A stretch of DNA of 64,000 nucleotides from an uncultured candidate division Zixibacteria bacterium (lineage in GTDB: Bacteria; Zixibacteria; MSB-5A5; GN15; FEB-12). Location: contig OY760907.1 of NCBI GenBank assembly GCA_963664195.1, forward strand, positions 1,120,001 to 1,184,000, given 5' to 3'. The first letter of the stretch is position 1. The number at the start of each line of letters is the position of its first letter. Shown here piece by piece: positions 47,673-57,787 of this stretch. The notes beneath the pieces are model-generated. The model was given only the letters and a program-made list of their open reading frames with translations. It was not told the origin of the DNA and ran no database searches. The position numbers and the translations under genes were made by a program.

Positions 47673-48116
47673 CTAATCCGCCTCTGAACGCTGCCTGTGC
47701 TCGCATCCATTATTCTGCTTCTTCCCGGCCGAAAACTTCAGTGCCGCCGAATTCACGCAATACCTCAATCCGGTTGGAGCCGGACCATCGTCAAACATAT
47801 GCCCCAGATGCGCTCCGCACCGGCTGCAGTTAATCTCCCGGCGTACCATCCCCAGCGACCTGTCATCGGCAGTGTCTATGTGCTCTTCTCCTGCCGGAGC
47901 GAAGAAACTCGGCCAGCCTGACCCGGAATCATACTTGGCCCCGGAATCAAATAGCTCGTTGCCGCAGCAAACACAGAGATAGACCCCCTCGGCCTTGAAG
48001 TTGTAGTATTCGCCGGTAAAGGCCCGTTCGGTGCCCTTCTCTCGCGTGACGTGAAACTGTTCCGGCGTAAGCACTTGCTGCCACTCTTCGTCTGTCTTGA
48101 TGATTCTGTCGGCCAT
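47673..48116 (-). CDS. msrB: Peptide methionine (R)-sulfoxide reductase
   Basis: [43 protein letters not shown]. Confidence 0.96.
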   Translation of the reverse strand: MADRIIKTDEEWQQVLTPEQFHVTREKGTERAFTGEYYNFKAEGVYLCVCCGNELFDSGAKYDSGSGWPSFFAPAGEEHIDTADDRSLGMVRREINCSRCGAHLGHMFDDGPAPTGLRYCVNSAALKFSAGKKQNNGCEHRQRSEAD

Positions 48117-48642
48117 CTTCCTGTCCTCGCTGTCATCCTCTTCCGCTGCTGCCCCAATTGGTAACCGGCCAACCGTGCGGGTCAGCCGGATAAAACGTAA
48201 CTCTCTGCCGTCCATCATAGAAACAGTTTGGAACAGCCCCGTGGTTCCCGTCAAAGTAGAGAATCACAGTCCCTATTGAGGCACCGCTAGACACTCCTTC
48301 GCCTACAAGAAAACCGGCGGAGAGGTTCGGCAGGTCGCTCGGTCACAGGAACCCCTCGCCGGTTTTCGCAAACCCAAAAAACCGCTGGCCGGGCCGCACT
48401 CAATACGGCGCCCGCCCGGTTCTGTCGGACGATGACCAGAAAACCGCTCCCGGCCTGGCCTGCCGGAATGAAGATCCTCCTGACCGCCCGTTTCTACTAA
48501 TACTACGCCACGGCGCCACGGTTGGTTTGCGGGTCTTGGTCCGATGGACACGGCAGCAGGTCTCGACCGTGAATCCCTGTTGCATCCGCCGAAAAATGAA
48601 GTATATATCCCGACGAAGACATCCAATTGTGGAAAGGTGAGC

Positions 48643-50514
48643 ATGGAACCGACTGTCATAAACGAACACATCGCCAGAGTCGAACTTTTCAATCGGCTTG
48701 ACGAAGACGAGCGCGAGTTGCTGGTAAAACATGTGGAAGTCCTTGAATTCGAAAAGGATGCCGTTGTTTTTCAGGAGAACAGTCCCCGCAAGTACCTGTA
48801 TCTGATCTACGAAGGGGAAATCGAACTGTTCAAACGGACACCGTTCGGCGAGGAGAAACGCCTCTCTTTCTTCAGCAAGTATGATTTCCTGGGCGAGGGT
48901 GCCCTTATGGACGATTACCCGCACTCCACTTCCGCTCGCGCGCTGTTGAAAACGACAGTGCTTGCCATTAGCCAGAAAAAGTTCCACGCCCTGTTTGCCG
49001 AGAACCCGACAATTGCAACCAAAATGCTCTCCAGCGTGGCGCGTGTCATCTCCCGGCGAATGCGACAGGCCAGCACGCGAGTGGTCAACGTGGCCGCGCA
49101 GTACATTTCCGGTCGAACCCGCAGTGAACACGACTTGCTCGGTGATCGCGACGTTCCTTACGAATACCTATACGGCATACAGACCCTCCGGGCATTGGAG
49201 AATTTCAATATCAGCGGTATATCGCTGACGCAGTTCCCCACCCTGGTCAACGCGCTCGCGATGGTCAAACTGGCCGCGGCCAGGGCCAACCACGAGTTGG
49301 GTCTGCTTTCCCAGCCGGTGGCCGACGCCATCGGACAGGCCTGTCACGAAATCATCAACGGCAAGAACCATACACAGTTTGCTGTCGATATGATACAGGG
49401 GGGAGCCGGAACCTCGACCAATATGAACGCCAACGAGGTCATTGCCAATCGAGCGCTGGAAATTCTCGGCTATGATCGCGGTGAGTATCGCTACTGCCAC
49501 CCGAACAACCATGTCAACCTGTCGCAGTCGACCAACGACGCCTATCCGACGGCGTTAAAAATCGCCCTGATAAACTCCAATAGCCAGTTGACCGCGGTGC
49601 TCAAGTCCCTTGCTGAATCGTTCCATAAGAAAGCTGAGGAATTTGCGGAGATAATCAAGATTGGTCGTACGCAGCTTCAGGATGCAGTCCCGATGACACT
49701 CGGCCAGGAATTCGACTCCTACGCCGCCACGCTCGCAGAGGAAATCGAGCGACTCAACGAAAACGCGGCACTGTTCCTCGAGGTGAACATGGGCGGAACC
49801 GCCATCGGCACCGGCATAAATGCCGATCCGGACTACTCCGAGAAGGTCATAAGGCATCTCAAGGAGGTGTCTGGCCTCAACGTCCGTCTGGCGGAAAACC
49901 TCGTCGAGGCAACCCAGGACACCGGCGCATTTGTGATGTACTCCTCGGCAATCAAACGGCTGGCGCTCAAACTGTCCAAGATATGCAACGACCTTCGCCT
50001 GCTGTCTTCCGGTCCTCGGGCCGGACTCAACGAAATCAACCTGCCGCCAATGCAACCCGGATCTTCGATCATGCCCGGCAAGGTCAATCCGGTGATTCCG
50101 GAAGTCGTCAACCAGATTGCTTTCAAAGTGATCGGCAATGACCTCACGGTCTCACTTGCCGCCGAGGCGGGCCAGCTTGAGCTGAACGTCATGGAGCCGG
50201 TGATTGCCCAGAGCCTGTTCGAGTCGATTGAGATGCTGAAAAACGGCATGGCAACGCTCAGGCAACGCTGTATCGACGGAATTACCGCCAATGTGGAAGA
50301 GTGCCGGCGCATGGTGCAGAGCAGTATCGGTCTGGTCACGGCTCTGGATCCGGTGCTGGGCTATGAGACCTGCAGTTCGCTGGCCAAGGAAGCGTTGCAA
50401 ACGGGTCGTGGTGTGTACGAGCTGGTGCTTGAGAAGAAACTGATGTCTAACGAGGAGTTGGACCGAATTCTAGCGCCGGAGAACATGCTTGGCCCAGGCC
50501 GAGCCAAACGATAG
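48643..50514 (+). CDS. aspA: Aspartate ammonia-lyase with N-terminal cyclic-nucleotide-binding domain
   Basis: N-terminal VFQE....YLYLI.EG.IE...FLGEGAL....HSTSARA; then EHDLLG, YGIQTLRA.ENF, QGGAGTSTNMN.NEV, GRTQLQDA, GSSIMPGKVNPV. Confidence 0.92.
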   Translation: MEPTVINEHIARVELFNRLDEDERELLVKHVEVLEFEKDAVVFQENSPRKYLYLIYEGEIELFKRTPFGEEKRLSFFSKYDFLGEGALMDDYPHSTSARALLKTTVLAISQKKFHALFAENPTIATKMLSSVARVISRRMRQASTRVVNVAAQYISGRTRSEHDLLGDRDVPYEYLYGIQTLRALENFNISGISLTQFPTLVNALAMVKLAAARANHELGLLSQPVADAIGQACHEIINGKNHTQFAVDMIQGGAGTSTNMNANEVIANRALEILGYDRGEYRYCHPNNHVNLSQSTNDAYPTALKIALINSNSQLTAVLKSLAESFHKKAEEFAEIIKIGRTQLQDAVPMTLGQEFDSYAATLAEEIERLNENAALFLEVNMGGTAIGTGINADPDYSEKVIRHLKEVSGLNVRLAENLVEATQDTGAFVMYSSAIKRLALKLSKICNDLRLLSSGPRAGLNEINLPPMQPGSSIMPGKVNPVIPEVVNQIAFKVIGNDLTVSLAAEAGQLELNVMEPVIAQSLFESIEMLKNGMATLRQRCIDGITANVEECRRMVQSSIGLVTALDPVLGYETCSSLAKEALQTGRGVYELVLEKKLMSNEELDRILAPENMLGPGRAKR

Positions 50515-50536
50515 CGAGACGGATAGCGCCCAAATC

Positions 50537-50577
50537 AAGAACCCCCGACTGTCCGAGGACGGCCGGGGGTTCTCTTT
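50537..50577. terminator. Probable bidirectional terminator between convergent aspA and MCP genes
   Basis: AGAACCCCCG..CGGGGGTTCT inverted repeat. Confidence 0.75.
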
Positions 50578-50593
50578 GTGTGTCGAAAAGGAA

Positions 50594-52252
50594 CTACATT
50601 TTGAAGCTGGACACTATCTGCTGAAGTTCTTCCGCTTGATCGTTCAGCATTTTGGCGGCCTCCAGAGATTCCTCTGATTGCCTGGCGGTGCTCTCCGTCA
50701 CAGAACTGATTGCCTCGACACTCTGCGCAACCTCGTTGGCCACGGCGGTCTGTTGGTCCGAAACCTGCGCGATCTGTTCCACCATATTCATCACGCTTTG
50801 TGACATCTGCACGATTTCGCCAAGGCTTGAGCCGGCCTGGTCAGCCAGCTCGCGTCCCTTGTCAACTTCGACAATGCCGGATTCCATCGACTGAACAACG
50901 CCGGAGGTTTTCGACTGCACCTCTTTGATGACGTTGGATATCTCGGCCGTGGCTGTTCCGGTTCGCTCGGCCAGCTTGCGCACCTCATCGGCGACCACGG
51001 CAAAGCCTCTCCCCTGTTCACCGGCACGTGCCGCCTCAATGGCTGCGTTCAGGGCCAGAAGGTTGGTCTGGTCGGCTATGTCATCGATAACACTGATGAT
51101 TTCACCGATCTGCTCGGCCGATTCCGCCAGATCACCGATCGAGTCTGCTGACTGACGGACAACTTCGGCAATGGCGCGCATACCGTCAATCGTCTCCGTC
51201 ACAATCCGCCCACCGGTCGACGCGGTCTCGGAAGCCTCTCTCGACGCCGAACTGGCATCGGTCGCGCCCTTGGATGACTCGGTGATGTTCGCAGTCATTT
51301 CCTCGACCGCTGCCGAGACTCCGCTGACCTGTTCGGCCTGTTCACGGGCACCTTTGGACATCTGCTCAGACGATGCTTCAATCTCTGCCACACCTGCCAC
51401 GAGTTGCTGGGCGTGTTGCCCCAACTGTCGAATCATCCTGACCAAATTCGAACTCATTTTCTTGAAGGCATTGCCGAGGACGTCGGTCTCCGAGCGGGGC
51501 TCTATGATAACGCTCAGATCGTTTGCGGCTATCCGCTCGGCGGCATCGGAAAGCGTCTCCAGGTAATCCTTGAGCGACCGGAAAGTGTCGGCGAGAGCAC
51601 CGATTTCATCTTTCGACTCGTACTTGATATTGAAATCGAGATTGCCTACTGCCAACTGGCGAGCGCCGTCCTCCAATTCCTTGATCGGCTGCGAAATGAC
51701 TCGCTGGAATCGGGCGGCGACAAGTAGTCCTATCAGGGCCGCCGCCAACGAGAACAGCAGTGAGGAACCAACGAAAGACTCCAGGCGCGCCGCCTTCTCG
51801 TCGAGATCCGAGCACAACCACAGACGACCAATCTCTTCGTCATCCGACATGATGGGCCTGCGAACTGTCAGCGTATTCCCGTCGCTGAATATGCCGTCTT
51901 CGGATAGGTCCGGCATTGACGACGGTACCGTTTCATTCGCGCGAACATAGGCGGCAAACTTCGTCTCGTTCGGAAGTATGACCGCTGCCCACACAACGTG
52001 AGAGTCACTCTTGAGCGACTGCAGAACTTCCACCGCTGTTGCGTCGTCTTCAAACTCCACCGCACTGACGCAATTGTACGCCAGAATTTCCGTCATCAGC
52101 CCCGCGTTTTCTGCCAACCCCTTTTCGAAACTGCTCTGATCGCTTACAATTAGCGCGCAGCATGCGAGCGCAAGCGTAAAGACGCTGGTGGCTACAACCG
52201 CCAGTGTCAGCTTCACTCGAATAGACCGGTTTCGAAAGCCCAACAGATTCAT
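50594..52252 (-). CDS. Methyl-accepting chemotaxis protein with periplasmic CHASE8/YfiN-like sensor and HAMP domains
   Basis: 2 TM; N...AVEF.D...A.EVL.SL sensor pattern; [47 protein letters not shown]. Confidence 0.93.
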   Translation of the reverse strand: MNLLGFRNRSIRVKLTLAVVATSVFTLALACCALIVSDQSSFEKGLAENAGLMTEILAYNCVSAVEFEDDATAVEVLQSLKSDSHVVWAAVILPNETKFAAYVRANETVPSSMPDLSEDGIFSDGNTLTVRRPIMSDDEEIGRLWLCSDLDEKAARLESFVGSSLLFSLAAALIGLLVAARFQRVISQPIKELEDGARQLAVGNLDFNIKYESKDEIGALADTFRSLKDYLETLSDAAERIAANDLSVIIEPRSETDVLGNAFKKMSSNLVRMIRQLGQHAQQLVAGVAEIEASSEQMSKGAREQAEQVSGVSAAVEEMTANITESSKGATDASSASREASETASTGGRIVTETIDGMRAIAEVVRQSADSIGDLAESAEQIGEIISVIDDIADQTNLLALNAAIEAARAGEQGRGFAVVADEVRKLAERTGTATAEISNVIKEVQSKTSGVVQSMESGIVEVDKGRELADQAGSSLGEIVQMSQSVMNMVEQIAQVSDQQTAVANEVAQSVEAISSVTESTARQSEESLEAAKMLNDQAEELQQIVSSFKM

Positions 52253-52476
52253 TCCAGGTTCCTTCCCGTCTGCAAACTCAACATGAGTATTGTTTTGAGT
52301 AGAGATTTGTCTCGTCTCTATAGAGTTCTGTCGACAGCTTTGCGACTGTTCCTGACCTGAGCAGGATGTTCTGCGCTGTTTTGTACACCGCCAGGATAGT
52401 GATACTAACTAGCGGTCCTGCCGAACTCGTCTCAGATAACGGCAGATGCAATCCGCATCAATTCACCTCCCGGCCT

Positions 52477-52504
52477 TAAAGAGTCCGGTGGGATTCTCCG
52501 ATAG
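52477..52504 (+). promoter_or_regulatory. Putative sigma28-like promoter of the yfiR-like gene
   Basis: TAAA-N16-TCCGATAG. Confidence 0.5.
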
Positions 52505-52643
52505 AAATAGCAGAGGCTCTGCTCTGCTTCGACAGACCTCGGGGACAATTGGCGGAAACGTTTATCACGTGTTATTTGTTGTTGCATAGTAGTTAAGCCA
52601 GGCCCATATTGAGGTACCTGGGGGCAACGCACAGAGGGTACAA

Positions 52644-53168
52644 ATGAAGAAAACACTCCTGATTGGCATCACGCTGGTCTTCTGTTTCGCTGCAATGGGA
52701 CAGTCGATGACAGAAGAGGAAATCGACCACAAGGCCGACGTAATTATCAAAATCATCCAGTTCGGCGAGTGGCCTGAAACCGCCAAAACTGACGCGGATG
52801 GAAACATCGTGATCAACGTGGTCGGCGACTCCCCGCTAACATCAAGGCTTGAAGAACTGGCGAAGGAAGAATCCGCCAAAGGGACACCTGTTGTGGTAAA
52901 AGTTGTTTCCATTGAAGACGATATTGCCGCGTGCCAGATTCTGTTCATGGCCACCAAAGAGACCGCTGACCTAGCCAAAGTCCTGAAAAAAGTCGACGGC
53001 AAACCGTGCTTCACGGTCAGCGACGCTGAGTATTTCGCCCGCTACGGTGTCATGGTCAATTTCGTCACAGTGGATGGTAAGACCAAGTTCGAAGTTAATC
53101 GCACGACCATGAAGATGTCTGGCCTCAAGATGAGTTCCAAAATGCTCAAGATGGCCGTGATTATCTAG
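52644..53168 (+). CDS. YfiR/HmsC family (DUF4154) periplasmic protein
   Basis: Signal peptide; KA..I.....F.EWP, CQILF, TVSD...FA..G.MVNF....GK.KFEVN.......L..SS..L..A. Confidence 0.9.
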   Translation: MKKTLLIGITLVFCFAAMGQSMTEEEIDHKADVIIKIIQFGEWPETAKTDADGNIVINVVGDSPLTSRLEELAKEESAKGTPVVVKVVSIEDDIAACQILFMATKETADLAKVLKKVDGKPCFTVSDAEYFARYGVMVNFVTVDGKTKFEVNRTTMKMSGLKMSSKMLKMAVII

Positions 53169-53191
53169 AAGACCATAACTCGATTTCATGC

Positions 53192-53228
53192 AAGACGGGG
53201 TGCTCTAAGGCATCCCGTTTTCGTTTTC
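53192..53228 (+). terminator. Rho-independent terminator
   Basis: ACGGGGTGC-tctaag-GCATCCCGT followed by T-rich run. Confidence 0.7.
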
Positions 53229-53338
53229 AACTCAGCCTAACTTCTTTCATTCAACCGGATTGACAGCTTGGCGTGCATGGGTTACCTTCTGTCAGCAACC
53301 GGTGAACCACACTCTATTCCGGACAGGAGACAACGCCC

Positions 53339-54358
53339 GTGAACCTCCTTCACATTGCCGACTCGGCCTTCACTGACCAGCATTGGCAGTCGTACTATAT
53401 GCTACTGAAGCAATTGAATGACAAGTACGACTCTCCCGTGGCAAGAATCGGTTGGGAGCAGACCAAGGCAAGGCTTAGATCTCTCGTTGACTCGGATTCC
53501 AACTACTCAAGGTTTGTTGTATTCGACGGTGAGAGTCCGGTAGGTTGGTCTGATTTGAAAGTGTTATCAGCCGGAACCCCGGAACAGAATGCCATGGTCA
53601 AAATCGACGCCGTACACGAGGTAATCCCCGCGGAGTTTGAACGAACCGTTGGGACGGAGATCCTCCGACTGTTGGACGAGCAGGGCACTACGGGAGCACA
53701 CTTCATGGCCACAACTCAGCGCCTTTCTGCCATGGCTCGCCATATGTTCGCCCGTGAACTTGATCACATAGACCGGTTTCGACTCTATAGAGACCGGGCG
53801 GACACGTCGCGAATGAGGTCCTGGCTCGAGGAATTGCCGCGAGCCAATCCCGAGCTTCATCTGGAGTTCTTCTCTCCCGTCCCGGAGGAACATCTGGCAG
53901 CTTACACTTCGCTGTTCGTAACCTACATTCGGGAAATGCCGACGGAAAGAGAGTCCGATAACGAGTTTCGATGGTCTGTGGAGGAAACAAGAAGGGATAT
54001 TGAGTGGCGGCAAAAGAACGACGTCCACCTGTACACTTACGCCCTGTTCAACGATGACGGCGTCATGGTCGGCCACTCGAATGCAGCCCTGACCGGTGCT
54101 GATCCTTCCGATGTGTACCAGGCAATGACGGGAATCAGCCGCGAGTATCGCGGGCGGGGATTGTCGCGCTGGCTCAAAGCGGCATTGTTCTTCAAAGTGG
54201 GCGAGGATTTTCCTGCTAATCGTTACATGACCACCGACATGCGCGCGGCCAACGCACCGATTCAGAAAGTCAACTCAGAGATGGGCTATGTACTGCTGAG
54301 TTCGGGCAACGAATTCGAGCTTACGGCTGAAGGAATTCGGAGATTCATGGGTAGTTGA
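53339..54358 (+). CDS. Tandem GNAT family N-acetyltransferase
   Basis: TGISREYRGRGLSRWLK, T....N.PI..VN..MGY; AGGAG RBS; TTGACA-N17-TACCTT promoter at 53260-53288. Confidence 0.85.
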   Translation: MNLLHIADSAFTDQHWQSYYMLLKQLNDKYDSPVARIGWEQTKARLRSLVDSDSNYSRFVVFDGESPVGWSDLKVLSAGTPEQNAMVKIDAVHEVIPAEFERTVGTEILRLLDEQGTTGAHFMATTQRLSAMARHMFARELDHIDRFRLYRDRADTSRMRSWLEELPRANPELHLEFFSPVPEEHLAAYTSLFVTYIREMPTERESDNEFRWSVEETRRDIEWRQKNDVHLYTYALFNDDGVMVGHSNAALTGADPSDVYQAMTGISREYRGRGLSRWLKAALFFKVGEDFPANRYMTTDMRAANAPIQKVNSEMGYVLLSSGNEFELTAEGIRRFMGS

Positions 54359-54426
54359 CGGATCGGTTTCGGGCGTCGTGCCTCCCCCTCCTCTCGGCAA
54401 TTTGCGCGTTGCTGTGGAACGTGAAT

Positions 54427-54957
54427 CTAGGTAGTCAGCTCCGAAGCTGGTTTGAACGTGAGATTGCTCCTGAGAAGAAGCCTTTCGCCGCCACAGTCAA
54501 CAGCGATAGTGAAAATCTCACCTGCCGGACCCATCTCTATCATCCGGCCGGCCTCATCAATCACTTCGGGCAGAAATATCTGAGTCTGTGTTCTGGCAAT
54601 CGACAGGCGGGCCCGCAGAACACCCGTCACCTGGTTGACGATTTCTCCAACACCTTCCTTGAGCAACTCGTCCGGAAGCTCTTCCGGCTCACAATAGGCG
54701 ATGGCACAGCCAATCTTCCTCGCCAGTGTGTTAGGAACTGAGAGGGCGAACACTCCCTCCACATCGCCGCTCATCTTCATCAACGCGGTTATTGTATCCG
54801 GCGGATTGGCCAGGTCGACGTCGGTCTTGGATTCCTCGACCCAATCCACTTCCATCATGGCGACGGTTTGCATTACAAACCCGGCGACATCGACCAGAAC
54901 ATCGAGAATGTCCTTCGATGACTTTGCATCATGATGATTATGTTGAGATATCGTCAA
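54427..54957 (-). CDS. cheX: CheX-family chemotaxis phosphatase
   Basis: G.VEG....S, GEIVNQVTG (ExxN), LP.VI; TTG start at 54957 with GAGG RBS. Confidence 0.8.
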   Translation of the reverse strand: MTISQHNHHDAKSSKDILDVLVDVAGFVMQTVAMMEVDWVEESKTDVDLANPPDTITALMKMSGDVEGVFALSVPNTLARKIGCAIAYCEPEELPDELLKEGVGEIVNQVTGVLRARLSIARTQTQIFLPEVIDEAGRMIEMGPAGEIFTIAVDCGGERLLLRSNLTFKPASELTT

Positions 54958-55040
54958 ACCGGTTTCCTCTTTCCCTGCGTCATAGCACGCGGCGCCCCCT
55001 CCGGTGCAAAATCCGAGCGTGCCCGGCACGCCCGCTACTA

Positions 55041-55427
55041 CTACGACTTCACCGCCTGTTTTGAGTCAATTGTTGATCTGATCTGTTTAGAGAGATCAGC
55101 GGGAGTGTACGGCTTGACGAGATAAGAGTTGGCTCCGGCTTTGATAGCCTTGATCACATCCTCCTGAACTCCGGCAGCGGTTGCCATCAGTACGGGAATA
55201 TGGTCGTATTCCCTGTGTGATCGTATCTTGACCAGAGCATCATAGCCATCCATAATCGGCATGTTCCAATCAAGGATGATAAGTGCCACGTCGCTACTGT
55301 GCTTCCTCAGTTTTGCCAGCGCTTCGGCCCCGTTTTCGGCCTCAACCGGCATGAAACCCGTCTCCTTGGCTACCTTGGCGATTGCCTTGCGCAAGATACC
55401 CGAGTCTTCAGCAACCAGGATTTTCAT
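55041..55427 (-). CDS. cheY: Single-domain response regulator (CheY-like)
   Basis: ILVAED, LDWNMPIMDG, PVLM.T, YLVKPY. Confidence 0.88.
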   Translation of the reverse strand: MKILVAEDSGILRKAIAKVAKETGFMPVEAENGAEALAKLRKHSSDVALIILDWNMPIMDGYDALVKIRSHREYDHIPVLMATAAGVQEDVIKAIKAGANSYLVKPYTPADLSKQIRSTIDSKQAVKS

Positions 55428-55466
55428 AAGCTCTCCAATTCCTATCGCAGATGTATTTGCTATTCC

Positions 55467-55494
55467 TTATCGGCCGCCGGTTCAGGCCGATTGA
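55467..55494 (-). promoter_or_regulatory. Sigma28-like promoter of cheY-cheX
   Basis: TCAA-N16-GCCGATAA (perfect -10) on the minus strand. Confidence 0.7.
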
Positions 55495-55569
55495 CAGCGT
55501 GCATCGGACTGACAGCACGATTGCGCGATGTTTGCGCAGAAGACGTGGACTTGACCCTCAAAGGCAGGC

Positions 55570-55622
55570 AAAAAAACGGCGGTTGTCTGGGAGTCAATAA
55601 TCGGCTCGCCGGACAACCGCCG
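55570..55622 (-). terminator. Rho-independent terminator
   Basis: CGGCGGTTGTC..GACAACCGCCG followed by T7 on the minus strand. Confidence 0.8.
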
Positions 55623-55651
55623 CATCCAGCTGATTTGAGAATACTGGCCTA

Positions 55652-57058
55652 TTACACGTGCTCTATGTCCGTATGATGGGAGACTTCTGAATTCGTTGTA
55701 CAGAGATCACTCATACACAGATCGTGCACGCTGTCCCGACCGGTAAGGCGGGCAAAATCCCTCAGATCATCGGTGGCAACCCGAAGGTAGTTTTCAAGAC
55801 CAAGAGCCGATCTCTCTATGTGCAGTCTCGCCCGAAGCTCCGGATCCTGTGTGGCAATCCCCGTTGGGCATTTTCCTGTGTGGCACACGCGATACTGCTG
55901 ACAGCCACAGGCCATGAGCGCCGCCGTCGCCAGGGCAATGGCATCCGCTCCCAGCGCAAGAGCCTTCGCAAAATCGCAGGATACACGCAAGCCGCCGGTA
56001 ATGACCAGGGAAACATCGGTCGCGCCCTGCACATCCAAATACCTCCGCGCCCGGTAGAGTGCGAATATCGTCGGAATGGAGGTCGCCGCTTTGACGTACT
56101 TCGAGGCTGCCCCAGTGGAACCCGGCCGACCATCGATAGTGATGAAATCCGGTTTCGCCTTCAACGCAACTTCAAGATCAGCCTCAATCTCCCCGGCCGC
56201 CAGCTTGATCCCGATCGGGCGACCCTCAGACTGCTTTCGCAACCATTCGACTTTCCGGCACAGTTGCTCGCCGGTACGAATATCCTCGAAGTGTGACGGG
56301 CTGGTAATATCCTCACCGACCTCTCGGCCACGTATTTTCGCAACTTCAGCAGTGACCTTCCCGCCCGGAAGATGCCCGCCCATGCCCGGTTTGGCCGACT
56401 GTCCGATCTTGATCTCAATCGCATCGACTTGCTTCAGGACGTCATCGGTTACGCTGTACAGGTTCGGAACATACTCAAAGATATATTTGTACGACGCCCG
56501 ACGGGACTCCGGAAGAATCCCTCCCTCGCCGGAGCACATGGCGGTTTTCACCGCCGCACTGCCGGTAGCGAGAGCGATTTTGGCTTCGCGCGACAGCGCA
56601 CCAAAGGACATATGGGAGATATACAGGGGGGTTTCGATCACCAGCGGCTGTTTGGCCGAGGGACCAATAACGGTCTGTGTATTGACCGGATCCTCCTGGT
56701 TCAGAGGCATCCGGGCAAGTTGTGCTCCCTTGATGAGCAGGTCGTCCCAGGAAATCACCGGTCGTTTGGTGCGCATCGGCTCGGTGGTCGATTCCCCGCT
56801 TGCCGCCATCTGGTGGATGTCGGCCATGTGCACCTCAAGTTCATCCGATGACCGGACAAACGCCGAAGCGGCAGCAGACGGACCGGCGGCTCCCGTTGTG
56901 TCGCCGGTCGCGGACTGCTCACCGTCTACTTCGTGACAGTACGACTTCGGAGACTCACACACCGGGCAAACCCAATTATCGGGAAGGTCGTCCCATCTGA
57001 CGCCTTCCTTCTCCTCATCGTATTCGTAGTCACATACTTCGCACTTGTAGACAGCCAT
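55652..57058 (-). CDS. Rubredoxin-fused glutamate synthase FMN-binding-domain protein
   Basis: N-terminal CEVC.Y.YD..W..LP..W.CPVC; MSFGALS, EIKIGQ.AKPG.GG.LPG.KV, DFITIDG, TGGLR, C.Q.RVCHTG.CP.GI.TQ. Confidence 0.9.
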   Translation of the reverse strand: MAVYKCEVCDYEYDEEKEGVRWDDLPDNWVCPVCESPKSYCHEVDGEQSATGDTTGAAGPSAAASAFVRSSDELEVHMADIHQMAASGESTTEPMRTKRPVISWDDLLIKGAQLARMPLNQEDPVNTQTVIGPSAKQPLVIETPLYISHMSFGALSREAKIALATGSAAVKTAMCSGEGGILPESRRASYKYIFEYVPNLYSVTDDVLKQVDAIEIKIGQSAKPGMGGHLPGGKVTAEVAKIRGREVGEDITSPSHFEDIRTGEQLCRKVEWLRKQSEGRPIGIKLAAGEIEADLEVALKAKPDFITIDGRPGSTGAASKYVKAATSIPTIFALYRARRYLDVQGATDVSLVITGGLRVSCDFAKALALGADAIALATAALMACGCQQYRVCHTGKCPTGIATQDPELRARLHIERSALGLENYLRVATDDLRDFARLTGRDSVHDLCMSDLCTTNSEVSHHTDIEHV

Positions 57059-57068
57059 AATTCACCTG

Positions 57069-57590
57069 CTAGAGGTCCATTGAGGCCGGTTCGTAGTATT
57101 CTCTCGGATGCTTGCAGCACGGGCACTTAGCCGGCGGCTCTTTCCCCTCGTGAATGTAACCGCAAACACTGCAACGCCATTTGATTGGTTCATCTCTTTT
57201 GAAGACCGTTCCGTTTTCGACCATTTCAACCAACCGGCGATACCGGTCGCGATGCTCGGCCTCAACTTTGGCGATCATCTTGAACAACACAGCCGCCTGC
57301 TTATTGCCTTCTTCCTCGGCCTCTTTTGCAAAGGTCGGATACATATCAACCGTCTCGTAATGCTCACCTTCGGCTGCCTCTTTCAGATTCTGGAGCGTAT
57401 CTTTGATGCCGCCGAGCAGGGCGAATTCGTCCTTGGCATGGCGGAGTTCGTTCATCGCAGTCTCTTCAAATACCTTCCCGATATAGTGATATCCTTCCTT
57501 GTGCGCAATCTTGGCATAATACGTGTACTTGTTCCTCGCCTGGGCTTCACCGGCGAATGCCGCTTTCAGATTCTCTTCGGTTTTGCTCAT
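57069..57590 (-). CDS. rbr: Rubrerythrin
   Basis: T.ENL..AFAGE.QARNKY, NE..HA, GE.YE...MYP, E..H, C-terminal CSVCG..CPCC. Confidence 0.95.
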   Translation of the reverse strand: MSKTEENLKAAFAGEAQARNKYTYYAKIAHKEGYHYIGKVFEETAMNELRHAKDEFALLGGIKDTLQNLKEAAEGEHYETVDMYPTFAKEAEEEGNKQAAVLFKMIAKVEAEHRDRYRRLVEMVENGTVFKRDEPIKWRCSVCGYIHEGKEPPAKCPCCKHPREYYEPASMDL

Positions 57591-57787
57591 AGTTCAACTC
57601 CTAATATATGTAAGTATGAATCAAGGTCGCAGATTTGGCAGACGCCCCCCGTATTCCGAACGCGCGATGCACATTGAGTATGTATAAGACAATGCGAGCC
57701 GACAATCAAGCAGACAGATGAATCGAAGTCTCCCCCCGGAGTGCGGCTATCGAGTCCGGCGCGACAGAATCCGACCGAAAGGAGACG

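Noticed and set aside
47673..48116. Selenocysteine-containing MsrB or other recoded genes
   Set aside because: The catalytic residue is encoded as Cys (RYCVNS), and I saw no in-frame TGA interrupting a recognisable gene
48310..48545. Riboswitch in the msrB-aspA intergenic region (hairpin 48314-48362)
   Set aside because: A hairpin is present, but I recognise no conserved riboswitch core; an Rfam scan would be needed
55652..57058. Calling this gene gltB (full glutamate synthase large subunit)
   Set aside because: Only 468 aa; lacks the amidotransferase, central and GXGXG domains
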